A stretch of DNA of 64,000 bases from an uncultured Dehalococcoidia bacterium (lineage in GTDB: Bacteria; Chloroflexota; Dehalococcoidia; Lucifugimonadales; QGNO01): NCBI GenBank assembly GCA_964493125.1, contig CAZBMS010000003.1:6425-70424 (forward strand), read 5' to 3'. Below are positions 9,934-19,805 of this stretch, piece after piece (position 1 is the first letter of the stretch; each line of letters starts with the position of its first letter). A model generated the notes under the pieces. It saw nothing but the letters and a program-made list of their open reading frames with translations. It was not told where the DNA came from and made no database searches. Position numbers and translations under genes: made by a program.

Positions 9934-10656
9934 TTACAAAGGTCTTTTAGCGGGAATGCCAGCTCGTCTGGGATATTTCGACGGGGTCTTAGTACATTTA
10001 TCTACAACTATTAATTTACGGTCTCCATCCAAGATTTCTCTAGGAATGTCGACTGTTCTCATATCTTTGCCGCCTAGCTCACCCACCGCCACTGATGCTT
10101 CACTCATTTCACCTACCATATCGCCTTTCTTCAGTAATATAGTCCTTCCATTCACACTGCATAGCGGGAGAGTATACTCCAAAAGAATTCGCGTTTGCGC
10201 AACAGCGCGAGATACCACTACATCGAACCGCTCTCTAAACGAATCGCTTTGCCCAATAGATTCAGATCTATCAGTCACCACTGTGACTTCGTCCAGGTCA
10301 AGGAGGCTAACTATTTGCTTCAAGAAATCAGTGCGCTTCGAAATTGAATCAACCAAAGTTAATCTGATCTTAGGAAAAGCAATTTTCAAGGGGAGCCCTG
10401 GAAAACCTGCCCCACTTCCTACGTCACAAACAGAAACGTGCATCTTGGAAGCATTGGGAATGGCCATGCACGCAGTCATAGAATCCAAGAAATGAAGTTT
10501 GTATATCAGGGACTGCTCAGTTATAGAAGTAAGGTTAATTCGCTTATTCCAGTCAACTAGCTCTCTGGCATAGGTCTCGAATTGCCCTATTTGGGTCGGT
10601 GACAGACTAATCCCGAAACCTGTCATGTCCTTGAGGGTAGTAAATTGTTCATCCAT
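9934..10656 (-). CDS. rsmG: 16S rRNA (guanine527-N7)-methyltransferase
   Basis: VCDVGSGAGFPGLPLKIAFP SAM motif. I prefer the ATG at 10656 over the TTG at 10686. Confidence 0.85.
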   Translation of the reverse strand: MDEQFTTLKDMTGFGISLSPTQIGQFETYARELVDWNKRINLTSITEQSLIYKLHFLDSMTACMAIPNASKMHVSVCDVGSGAGFPGLPLKIAFPKIRLTLVDSISKRTDFLKQIVSLLDLDEVTVVTDRSESIGQSDSFRERFDVVVSRAVAQTRILLEYTLPLCSVNGRTILLKKGDMVGEMSEASVAVGELGGKDMRTVDIPREILDGDRKLIVVDKCTKTPSKYPRRAGIPAKRPL

Positions 10657-10708
10657 CGTGTAGCACAGAATTATACCACCTTGCAAGAAATTTAGGCCTC
10701 AATTAAGG

Positions 10709-11056
10709 TTGTCGCTAATGAAGAACTGCATATTCTGTGAGATCGGATCAGATAGCTCAAAAGCTGAACGTATATACCAAGACGAATGGTGTTTTGTAAT
10801 TCACGACATAAATCCGATAGCTCCAATACATCTGCTGCTAATACCGAAGGAACATATAACGGAGCTTTGGGATAATCAAGAAAAATTGCTGGGACATCTC
10901 TTAGTCGTTGCAGATAAAGTCGCTGTGCAAGTGGGGTTAAAAGAAAATGGATTCAGAATTACGATTAACCAAGGCAAGGATAGTGGACAGGCTATACCTC
11001 ATCTCCATTTGCACCTAATGGGGGGTGGCGAACTCCCTTGGGGTACCAAGTTATAG
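10709..11056 (+). CDS. HIT (histidine triad) family nucleotide hydrolase
   Basis: C-terminal HLHLHLMGG histidine-triad motif and an N-terminal CIFC zinc-type motif. Confidence 0.9.
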   Translation: MSLMKNCIFCEIGSDSSKAERIYQDEWCFVIHDINPIAPIHLLLIPKEHITELWDNQEKLLGHLLVVADKVAVQVGLKENGFRITINQGKDSGQAIPHLHLHLMGGGELPWGTKL

Positions 11057-11067
11057 CTATTAACAAA

Positions 11068-11643
11068 ATGACCCTTTCACTTAGAAAGCTTCGCCGTATT
11101 ACAGAAACCCTTCCGGCTGAATTGCAAGGCCATTTAGAAAGAGTCCGTGAAGTAGCTATCCGACTTGCAGAACGTCACAAGATTGACCCACTAAAGGTTG
11201 AATTAGCGTCTCTCGGACATGACATTTATCGCGCACATGATGAAGCGTACCTTTTGTCGCTGGCCAAAAGTATGAATGTCCATATTACCCCTATAGAGGA
11301 ATACCTACCAATCATGCTACATGGTCCGCTAGCTGCAATCAGAATTCAGGAAGAATGCGACATCACCGACTCTGACATTTTACAAGCCGTGAAATGGCAC
11401 ACAACATCCTGCCCAGGGATAGGAAAAGTAGGTCTTATTGTGTTCTTGGCCGACAAAATCGAGCCTGAAAAATTGTCTAGGGCTGAATACTTAGCTAAAA
11501 TCGCCAAAATCGCTGAAGACAACTTAGAATCTGCCGCATTGCGATACCTTACGGAAGATATTGCTTGGCGGCTTAGAAACGATAGCCTCGTACATCCTGC
11601 AGCAATCGAGGCAAGAAACGACCTCTTGACGCTTCTAAGTTAA
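11068..11643 (+). CDS. HD-domain phosphohydrolase, YqeK-like (bis(5'-nucleosyl)-tetraphosphatase family)
   Basis: H...HD motif (LASLGHDIYRAH), size ~190 aa, WHTT motif. I prefer the ATG at 11068; the ORF-track TTG at 11038 would overlap the HIT gene. Confidence 0.65.
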   Translation: MTLSLRKLRRITETLPAELQGHLERVREVAIRLAERHKIDPLKVELASLGHDIYRAHDEAYLLSLAKSMNVHITPIEEYLPIMLHGPLAAIRIQEECDITDSDILQAVKWHTTSCPGIGKVGLIVFLADKIEPEKLSRAEYLAKIAKIAEDNLESAALRYLTEDIAWRLRNDSLVHPAAIEARNDLLTLLS

Positions 11644-11681
11644 TCAGCCAAGAATTATTTCGAATCCTTCCTTAATTTCGC

Positions 11682-12959
11682 CTAATCTGAACCCCACTGC
11701 CTTAGAGCTAGCTTGAAAGGTTCTATATCTTGATAAGGACCAACGACTGCCAGATTAAGCTCGTCTCTCTTGAGGAATCGCCTTGCAATAGTGCTTATGT
11801 CGTTTGGTTGGACCGCATCAAGGGAATCGACCACCTCGGCCACGCTCAAAACCTTATTCGTTAACAACTCTTGGACGCCGGACCAAGCTGCTAATGTCCG
11901 CGTGTCCTCCATTCGTAACAACAAACGACCCTTAAGGAGTTCCCTAGCTCTATGTAGCTCCTCTTCAGCAACCCCCTGCTTGATCTTATTCAACTCCTCT
12001 AGAATGGTTTCTACAGCCAAAGACGCCTTACCCGGATCAACCCCAAAATCGATCACAATGGATCCGGTATCACTGTAGTGACTCGCCGAACTATGAATGT
12101 CATAAACCAAACCAAGGTTCTCTCTTACCTGCAAAAATAGTCGGCTGCTCATGCCTTCACCTAAAACAGCACACATCAAATCCAGCACGAACCTATCAGG
12201 ATCACTACGGCCAACTCCTGAAAAAGATAGAGACAGGTGTGCCTGTTCCGTTTCACGGTATTCCAAACTTGCTTGATATGATTTGCTGTTTCTATTTACA
12301 GCTGGATGCAGACTATACGGGGAATTCGAAGGCCACTGCTTGAGTTTAGGAGCCAAGATCGACAACACTTCATCCTCAGAAAGCCCCCCTGCAATACTGA
12401 TAACAATGCTAGATGCTCCGTATTGATGTCGAAACCAATCAACTATCATATCTCGCGACAAAGATGCAACGCTTTCTTTGGTGCCCCCTACGTCTCTACC
12501 CATCGGTTGGTTAGGCCAAAGCATTTGGTCAGTTAGCAAACCAACCCGATAATCAGGGTAGTCGTTGGTCATTGCCAGTTCCTCCTGGATAACTCCCCTT
12601 TCTTTTTCTACTTCCTCGTGAGAAAGCAGTGGGCTCCTTAGCATATCAACGAGTATATCCACCGTGTCCGCAAAATGAGGCAGTGCGACTTTGCACCAAT
12701 AATTGGTGAGTTCTCGATCCGTGCTGGCATTCATCAAGCCCCCAACTTCTTCTATGGCTCCAGTAATTTCTAGCGGAGATGGTCGACTGGGCGTTCCTTT
12801 AAACACCATGTGCTCCAGAAAGTGAGATAGGCCTGCTTTTTCATCTTCTTCATGTCTGGATCCACTTTCAACATATATGCATGTTGAAACCGACATAGCA
12901 TGTGGGACAAATGTGGTAAGCAGGCGAATCCCATTATCCAAAGTTCTTAGGTTATACAT
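11682..12959 (-). CDS. M16 (pitrilysin/insulinase) family zinc peptidase
   Basis: Inverted zinc motif HFLEHMVFKG (HxxEH) near the N-terminus. Length is typical for the family. Confidence 0.85.
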   Translation of the reverse strand: MYNLRTLDNGIRLLTTFVPHAMSVSTCIYVESGSRHEEDEKAGLSHFLEHMVFKGTPSRPSPLEITGAIEEVGGLMNASTDRELTNYWCKVALPHFADTVDILVDMLRSPLLSHEEVEKERGVIQEELAMTNDYPDYRVGLLTDQMLWPNQPMGRDVGGTKESVASLSRDMIVDWFRHQYGASSIVISIAGGLSEDEVLSILAPKLKQWPSNSPYSLHPAVNRNSKSYQASLEYRETEQAHLSLSFSGVGRSDPDRFVLDLMCAVLGEGMSSRLFLQVRENLGLVYDIHSSASHYSDTGSIVIDFGVDPGKASLAVETILEELNKIKQGVAEEELHRARELLKGRLLLRMEDTRTLAAWSGVQELLTNKVLSVAEVVDSLDAVQPNDISTIARRFLKRDELNLAVVGPYQDIEPFKLALRQWGSD

Positions 12960-13036
12960 GTTTAATCCTATTGTTTCGTTGACTTTTTCCTACATGAAAG
13001 ATAAATGGCGAAGTCTGTTTTGATCCATTCAGTTAC

Positions 13037-15262
13037 TCATTCTTCATTAGGCAAAGAGTTATCATCCTTGACCAACTTTTCAAGCGGTGCTATCCCAAGT
13101 AGAAGCCGTTTAACTCCTGATGGACCCTTAAAAGCAACTGTGGCCTCGTTATCGTCACCTATTGCAATCGTATTAAGCACTATTCCCTCACCAAAAATCT
13201 TGTGTTTTACTTTATCTCCTACCCTCATTGGAGGAACATTCGACTCAACAGCATCACCTCGAGCAGAGCTAGCATCATGACCTGTTTTGTTAATCAGATT
13301 CCTAGGAATGTCCTTCAAAAACCTACTGGGAGTTCTGGCGGTTCGACCACCAGAATACATGGTATTCCTATTATCTCCATAAATTCGGCGTAAGAATGTT
13401 CGGGATAGATAAAGCCTTTCCTTTGCTCTTGTCATCCCTACGTAGAACAACCTCCGTTCTTCCTCGACTTGTACAGGATCATCTATCGAGCGCGAATGAG
13501 GTAATAATCCCTCCTCTATTCCCAAGATGAATACGGCTGGGAACTCCAAGCCTTTCGCCTGATGCAATGTAATAAGGGTAACCGCATCCTGAGCATCATT
13601 AAGACCGTCGACATCAGAAACAAGCGCAACGCTTTCCAAAAAGGCTTCAAGGGAAACTGCAGGATTTTCACTCAATAAATCCTGCAGTTCTAGAGCTTGG
13701 CCTCGAAACTCCTGTATATTTTCGAGTTGATCACTTTCCCTTTCTCCACCCCTTAAGTATTCACTATATCCCACCCTCTCCAATACCAAATCTACCAAAT
13801 CGGCGACGCCTAAAAGTTGGGATTGGGAGGACAGTTCTTCGAAAAAGGTCATCAGCCGGCGAATGGCAGATACGGATCTGGTTGTTAGGTTGGATTGCAA
13901 GTCTCCCTTTTGATTGTCATCGCTGATTACCTGTAGCGATTCATACATTGAAATCCCTTGTTCTTGACCCAGGCGCCTAACCTCTTCTATCGTCCTCGAG
14001 CCTATCCCTCTCGGTGGCACATTTATAATTCGCATGAGGCTAATTTCATCTCTACGATTGTGAATTACTCGTAAATAGGCGATTAGATCCTTTATCTCTC
14101 GCCTTAAGTAGAATCTAACCCCACCTATTAATCTGTAACTAACTCCATGCCTCCGACAAGCATCTTCCATTGCCCTAGATTGTGCATTGACCCTATACAT
14201 AACCGCACAATCGCCAAGCGACAAACCTTCTTCCCTTACTAGTCGCTCTACTTCACTCAATACCCACTGCGCTTCTTCATTTTCGTCATGTCCTTCATTC
14301 ACAACGAGCAAACAACCATCCGCATTCTTAGAAAAAAGATTGTTATTTAGTCGATTTCTATTAGGAGAAATCACGTGTTTAGCGGCCTCAACTATATTCT
14401 TTGTAGACCGATAATTTTCTCCAAGGTTAATTACCTTTGAATCAGGGTAGTTGCTTTGGAAGGAAAGTATGTTGCCAACATCAGCATTGCGCCAAGCATA
14501 TATCGACTGATCAGGATCTCCAACGACACAAATATTCCGATGCTTATCGGCAAGAAGTCTGGACAATGCATATTGAGAGTGGTTGGTATCTTGGAATTCG
14601 TCTATAAGCAGATGCGAGTATCTTTGCTGATACTTTTCAAGAACTTCCGGTACCTGTCGCATAAGAACAACTGTCTGAGTCACTAAATCATCGAAGTCCA
14701 AGGCAGCCATATTTGATTTCATTGACTCGTATCTTTCATAAACCCTCAACACTATCTCATCGTAGTAACTGCTCGATCTAGACAACGCGAAGGCTTGAGG
14801 GTCTAACAGGTTGCTCTTAGCATCTGATATTGCGCTTCCAATTGCCCTAATTGGGTATTGCCTAGGGTCGATGTCAGCCTCATCCATTGCTCTCTTAAGC
14901 AAGGATTGTTTGTCATCATCGTCATAAATTACAAAGCTGCTGTCCAAATCCATCTTATTGCCATCCACTCTCAATATGGACACACAAAGTGAATGGAATG
15001 TTTTACAAGTTACACCTTCAGAAAGTTCGCCCAACAGATAATCTAGCCTAGTCCTCATTTCACGAGCTGCCTTATTCGTAAAAGTCACAGCTACTATTCT
15101 GTTAGGGTTAACTCCACATTCGTTGATCAGATACGCTATTCTGTGAGTAATTACTCGTGTCTTTCCGCTCCCCGGCCCAGCTACAATGAGCAATGGGCCA
15201 TCTACCGTTCTAGTGGCTTCGACTTGCGCAGGGTTCAAGTTTCTAAAAAGTTCGGTCACCAT
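13037..15262 (-). CDS. pcrA: ATP-dependent DNA helicase PcrA/UvrD (SF1)
   Basis: Walker A AGPGSGKTRV, DEFQDTN, TLHQAKGLEF and YVGMTRAK helicase motifs. Confidence 0.9.
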   Translation of the reverse strand: MVTELFRNLNPAQVEATRTVDGPLLIVAGPGSGKTRVITHRIAYLINECGVNPNRIVAVTFTNKAAREMRTRLDYLLGELSEGVTCKTFHSLCVSILRVDGNKMDLDSSFVIYDDDDKQSLLKRAMDEADIDPRQYPIRAIGSAISDAKSNLLDPQAFALSRSSSYYDEIVLRVYERYESMKSNMAALDFDDLVTQTVVLMRQVPEVLEKYQQRYSHLLIDEFQDTNHSQYALSRLLADKHRNICVVGDPDQSIYAWRNADVGNILSFQSNYPDSKVINLGENYRSTKNIVEAAKHVISPNRNRLNNNLFSKNADGCLLVVNEGHDENEEAQWVLSEVERLVREEGLSLGDCAVMYRVNAQSRAMEDACRRHGVSYRLIGGVRFYLRREIKDLIAYLRVIHNRRDEISLMRIINVPPRGIGSRTIEEVRRLGQEQGISMYESLQVISDDNQKGDLQSNLTTRSVSAIRRLMTFFEELSSQSQLLGVADLVDLVLERVGYSEYLRGGERESDQLENIQEFRGQALELQDLLSENPAVSLEAFLESVALVSDVDGLNDAQDAVTLITLHQAKGLEFPAVFILGIEEGLLPHSRSIDDPVQVEEERRLFYVGMTRAKERLYLSRTFLRRIYGDNRNTMYSGGRTARTPSRFLKDIPRNLINKTGHDASSARGDAVESNVPPMRVGDKVKHKIFGEGIVLNTIAIGDDNEATVAFKGPSGVKRLLLGIAPLEKLVKDDNSLPNEE

Positions 15263-15328
15263 TGTAATTAAGAGCCTAATCGTTTTTACTGGGCTCCCTT
15301 ATGCTACAGGATTGTCTTACCTCAGTAA

Positions 15329-16006
15329 CTATTCAAGATAATCGCTAGAGTCGATATCAAATTCGTCAGCGTGGATATCTACACTACCTAGTTGTTCCAA
15401 CAAGGCTTTCTGATAATCCGGTAAATGTAGGTTCCTGACAGTCATTATTAAAGCATCCTCATGGTTGTCAGAATAATATCGTTTTCTTAGGCCACATTTT
15501 GTGAAGCCATGTTTCACATATAGTGCCTGCGCTGAGTGATTGCTTACTCTCACTTCTAAAGTCGCCAGCTGGGATCTCCTTGCAACAGCCATCTTCAAGG
15601 CTCCCAACAGAAGTCCTTCCCCAAGTCCTCTCCTACGGAATTCCTCCCTCACTGCAATCGAAGTGATGTGGGCCTCGTCAGCCATAAACCACACCCCTAC
15701 ATATCCAACTATTAGCTGTCCATTCCAATGCGGAATATCACTAGGAGATCCCAACAAGCCCTTCAAGTTAGAAAAAACTCTGTGAAGTAACGGTTGCCTC
15801 AAATCGGTAACGGGAGTCAGTACATTCTCCTCAGGTTCTTCCGTGTCAATCACAAGCGGGGAATATACAACAAGGTATTTTGCTAGACGGTTTCCCAACT
15901 CTCTTCCAAAGGGAGTTGGCGGCCAAGTAGTTGGGAAGGCCTCCCGCTCTATGTCAGATACTTGCGAAATGTCCTCTGGCCTCATCGGCCGAATCTTGAA
16001 GTCCAT
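15329..16006 (-). CDS. rimI: GNAT acetyltransferase, RimI-like, with an internal insertion
   Basis: The acetyl-CoA motif RRRGLGEGLL and the N-terminal IRPMRPEDI are RimI-like. A ~60-aa insertion lies between the N-terminal helix and the core strands. I prefer the ATG at 16006. Confidence 0.7.
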   Translation of the reverse strand: MDFKIRPMRPEDISQVSDIEREAFPTTWPPTPFGRELGNRLAKYLVVYSPLVIDTEEPEENVLTPVTDLRQPLLHRVFSNLKGLLGSPSDIPHWNGQLIVGYVGVWFMADEAHITSIAVREEFRRRGLGEGLLLGALKMAVARRSQLATLEVRVSNHSAQALYVKHGFTKCGLRKRYYSDNHEDALIMTVRNLHLPDYQKALLEQLGSVDIHADEFDIDSSDYLE

Positions 16007-16218
16007 GTTACGGGTCGGCAACAATAATATTCGATACTCGTGAATTCTATCATGGCAAAAGACATGATCGCCAGATCGGCAGTTTATTCATTGGAGTAGC
16101 GCCTTTACTGAGTCTTGGTTATAGGAGTATAATTTGTCCCTGTGTTTCCCTTGTTCGCTCTTGTCTCATATTAAAATTTTCGGAGTGCGTCTGTTAACGG
16201 CGAAAGGACAGCCTCTGC

Positions 16219-17997
16219 ATGCGTGTCCTATGGAGAATAGCTAAACGAGCTTCAAAATATAAGCTCGGACTACTTTTCGCCTATGCAACCATCTTAGGCG
16301 TAACTGCAGCCTCTATGTTCGTGCCTCGCTTTCTAGGCACTGCAATCGATGAAGTCCTATCTTCAGGGGGAGGCCGTCGAGAACTACTGGTACTCGCGAT
16401 ATCCGTTCTAGTAGCTAATGGTATGAGAGGCGCATTCGCGTATTGGCAACAGTACCTTGGGGAAACAATAGGTCAAAAAGTAGCTTATGACCTCCGCAAT
16501 GAGTTCTACAACCATCTACAGAGAATGAGTTTTGGCTTTCACGACAAACAGCAAACGGGAAACCTAATGTCTAAAGCCACTACTGACATGGAAGGGATAC
16601 GCATGTTCGTTCAGATGGGGCTAATCCGTGCTGCTTTTACCGTACTGTTGTTTGTAGGCGTCGGCTCAGCAATGGTACTCCTTAATTGGAAGCTAGCTTT
16701 AATTACCTTGCTCTTCGCCCCTGTTGTCGCTTGGAGAAGTGGCCAAACAATGGTTCAAATGCGCCGTGTCTGGCTAGCAGTTCAGACAGAACTTGGGCTT
16801 ATGACGACTGCTCTTCAAGAAAATCTCTCTGGTCAACGGGTCGTAAAAGCTTTTGCGGCTGAAGAACATGAACAAAAAAGATTTTATTTTCATGCAAATA
16901 ACGCTTCAACTTACGCCTATCAAGCAGCCATATATCAAGCTTCCAATTCTTCATTAGTAACGTTCTTCTACGTAGGCATAACCGTGGTGGTACTCTGGGC
17001 TGGAGGCCGAGAAGTAATATCCGGCAATATTTCACACGGAGAGTTAGCTCAGTTCATTTTCTACCTGGGCATCTTGACTCAACCGGTTCGAATGATCGCA
17101 TGGGTAGTCAATTCTTTTTCTCGTGGATATGGCTCTGGTCAAAGGTTATTTGCAACACTTGACGCAGTATCGCCTGTAGAAGATAAGCCAAACGCAATAG
17201 AGCTACCCAAAGTAAAAGGGCATGTTAGGTTTGCTAACGTTTCATTTTCGTATAACGGAACCCCCCCTGTATTGAAGGGTATAGATATCGATGCAAAACC
17301 AAACGAAGTTATCGCTTTAGTCGGAGCGCCAGGCAGCGGCAAGAGTACTCTTGTACATCTGATTCCAAGGTTTTATGACGTTGGGGACGGCACGTTAACC
17401 ATCGACGCGCACGATGTACGTGACGTGACTATGGAGTCCCTGAGAAGAAACATAGGTATTGTCCAACAAGACGTGTTCCTTTTCACTGCTAAAATCAGAG
17501 ACAACATCGCATACGGAAAGGTGGAAGCATCTGAAGAGGAAATAATAAAGGCTGCAAAAATAGCTCAGCTTCACCAGTATATTGAGGCTATGCCAAATGG
17601 ATACGACACATGGGTCGGGGAAAGAGGCACCACTCTTTCTGGAGGACAGCGACAACGCCTTGCTATAGCAAGGACCGTGCTACTTGACCCCGCTATACTC
17701 ATCCTTGATGACTCAACGGCGAGTGTAGATACCGAAACTGAACATCACATTAGAGAAGCACTTCAGGGAGTAATGAAAGGTCGTACTACTTTTGTTATAG
17801 CACACCGCCTTAGCACAGTACTAAATGCAGATCTGATATTAGTCCTTAAAGATGGGGAAATCGTTCAAAGGGGCACCCATAAGGAACTTTTGGAAATTTC
17901 AGGCCACTATAAAGACATCTACAACCTGCAGCTACGCCCAGGAGACATCGACGTAACATCGCCTGCAACAAGCCAGATAAAGGATTCAGGCGAATAA
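16219..17997 (+). CDS. ABC exporter half-transporter (TMD-NBD), subunit with degenerate Walker B
   Basis: Six-TM exporter domain, Walker A GAPGSGKST and signature LSGGQRQR. Walker B is ILILDDS, with Asp where the catalytic Glu is expected. Confidence 0.9.
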   Translation: MRVLWRIAKRASKYKLGLLFAYATILGVTAASMFVPRFLGTAIDEVLSSGGGRRELLVLAISVLVANGMRGAFAYWQQYLGETIGQKVAYDLRNEFYNHLQRMSFGFHDKQQTGNLMSKATTDMEGIRMFVQMGLIRAAFTVLLFVGVGSAMVLLNWKLALITLLFAPVVAWRSGQTMVQMRRVWLAVQTELGLMTTALQENLSGQRVVKAFAAEEHEQKRFYFHANNASTYAYQAAIYQASNSSLVTFFYVGITVVVLWAGGREVISGNISHGELAQFIFYLGILTQPVRMIAWVVNSFSRGYGSGQRLFATLDAVSPVEDKPNAIELPKVKGHVRFANVSFSYNGTPPVLKGIDIDAKPNEVIALVGAPGSGKSTLVHLIPRFYDVGDGTLTIDAHDVRDVTMESLRRNIGIVQQDVFLFTAKIRDNIAYGKVEASEEEIIKAAKIAQLHQYIEAMPNGYDTWVGERGTTLSGGQRQRLAIARTVLLDPAILILDDSTASVDTETEHHIREALQGVMKGRTTFVIAHRLSTVLNADLILVLKDGEIVQRGTHKELLEISGHYKDIYNLQLRPGDIDVTSPATSQIKDSGE

Positions 17998-19799
17998 TGT
18001 TGCAAGGAGGTGGATGGGGACACGGGCAGGGTGGTCTAGACGATGACGACAGTGGGTCGATATATAACCATGAAGTAATCAAACGGCTGTTCCCATATTT
18101 TAAAAACCAACTAGGGCTGTTTACCTTAGCCATGGTTATGATGTTGGTCTACACCTCAACATTGGTCCTTATACCATGGCTAATTGGTTTCACAATTGAT
18201 AATTACGTATTAGCTAAAGATATAGATGGCTTAAACCGAATCGGTTTCGTATTAATAGCAGTCATCATGGCCAACCTAATCGGCAACTACCTTTACATGC
18301 GTATCTTGGGGAAGATCAGCCAAGAAGTCCTATATCGGCTTAGAACAGACATGTTCGATCACTTACAAAAGCTTTCCGTGCCATTTTTTGACCGTAACGA
18401 AGTTGGGCGCATTATGAGTCGAGTCATGAGCGATGTTGGTCAAATCCAAGAATTTCTACCAATGGTTACCATTACATTGGGAGATATGCTTAGCTTGGTA
18501 GGCATAATAGCTGTAATGTTTCTTATGAACGTCAAGCTGGCAATCGTTGCGATTCTAGTCCTGCCCATCTTGGCAATAATTATGAGCGTCTGGCAGCGCT
18601 ACGCCAAAACAGCTTTCATCAGAATTCGCTATGCAATATCTGTGGTTAACTCTCGCCTTCAACAAAACATCTCAGGAGTTCGGGTTGTTCAGAGTATGAA
18701 TCGTGAGAACCTCAACTTAAGCCAATTTGACGATGTTAATCTAGCTCATTTAGATGCTAACGTACGTGCCATTAAACTTTCTGCAGTCCTAATGCCTACA
18801 GTCGATTTAATCACCGGGATAGCCCTTGGATTGGTAATAATTATAGGGGGTACCATGGTTTTAGATGGGAGCTTGGGAGCAGGAGCCCTTGTAGCATTTG
18901 CCTTGTACGTACAACGTTTTTATGACCCGATTAGAAATCTCACGATGCAATACACTCAATTTCAGAGGGCGATGACTGGGGGCGTACGCATTTTTGAGCT
19001 GATAGATGTGGAGCCTGAAGTAGTGGACAAGGTAGACGCTGCCTCATTACCTCAAATCAAAGGTGAAATCAAATACGAAAATGTTTGCCTGGAATACGTG
19101 AAAGGCATCCAAGTGTTAACGAATGTTAACCTCCACATTAAGCCTGGGCAGACGGTTGCACTGGTAGGACAAACTGGGGCAGGCAAGACTTCAATGGTGT
19201 CACTTTTGGTTCGCTTCTACGATGTAACAAGTGGATCGATTACCATTGATGGATACGATTTACGTGATATACAACGCAACTCACTCGCTGCCCAAGCAAG
19301 CATGGTGCTCCAAGAACCTTTTCTTTTCTCGGTCTCTGTCGAAGACAACATCAAGTACAGGCACACAAGCGCTACAATGGAAGATGTGATAACCGCAGCT
19401 AAGGCAGTTGGTGCACATGATTTCATTATGAAACTCGAACAAGGCTACGATACCATTCTTTATGAAAGGGGTGGCAATCTTAGCGTCGGTCAGAGGCAAC
19501 TTATCAGTTTCGCCCGGGCCTTGTTGGCAGATCCCAGGATCTTAATTCTTGATGAAGCCACAGCTAATATCGATACATTCACAGAAGTGGTGATTCAGCA
19601 AGCCCTAAAAACTGTCCTTACGGGTCGTACAGCATTGGTAATTGCCCACCGACTGTCTACAATACAAAATTCTGATGTGATTGTAGTTATGGAACAAGGT
19701 GAAATCGTTGCCTCTGGGACTCACGAAGATCTTCTCCAATATTCACCGATATACTCGAAATTGTACTCTCTGAATTTCCAAGAGCCAACAGAGTCTTAA
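17997..19799 (+). CDS. ABC exporter half-transporter (TMD-NBD), consensus-site subunit
   Basis: Walker A GQTGAGKTS and Walker B ILILDEAT with the catalytic Glu present. The signature LSVGQRQL is deviant. The start overlaps the upstream stop (TAATG). Confidence 0.9.
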   Translation: MLQGGGWGHGQGGLDDDDSGSIYNHEVIKRLFPYFKNQLGLFTLAMVMMLVYTSTLVLIPWLIGFTIDNYVLAKDIDGLNRIGFVLIAVIMANLIGNYLYMRILGKISQEVLYRLRTDMFDHLQKLSVPFFDRNEVGRIMSRVMSDVGQIQEFLPMVTITLGDMLSLVGIIAVMFLMNVKLAIVAILVLPILAIIMSVWQRYAKTAFIRIRYAISVVNSRLQQNISGVRVVQSMNRENLNLSQFDDVNLAHLDANVRAIKLSAVLMPTVDLITGIALGLVIIIGGTMVLDGSLGAGALVAFALYVQRFYDPIRNLTMQYTQFQRAMTGGVRIFELIDVEPEVVDKVDAASLPQIKGEIKYENVCLEYVKGIQVLTNVNLHIKPGQTVALVGQTGAGKTSMVSLLVRFYDVTSGSITIDGYDLRDIQRNSLAAQASMVLQEPFLFSVSVEDNIKYRHTSATMEDVITAAKAVGAHDFIMKLEQGYDTILYERGGNLSVGQRQLISFARALLADPRILILDEATANIDTFTEVVIQQALKTVLTGRTALVIAHRLSTIQNSDVIVVMEQGEIVASGTHEDLLQYSPIYSKLYSLNFQEPTES

Positions 19800-19805
19800 T
19801 TCATT

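Noticed and set aside
9956-10495. 179-aa ORF antisense to rsmG. Similar long antisense ORFs occur at 48252-48881 (209 aa, opposite nadE), 62412-62936 (174 aa, opposite fmt), 58368-58832 (154 aa, opposite the regulator and DUF4395 gene) and 49316-49765 (opposite gltD).
   Set aside because: Each lies entirely opposite a gene with unmistakable family motifs. Their translations are low-complexity (Ser/Pro/Arg-rich) with no recognisable domain. They are typical shadow ORFs.
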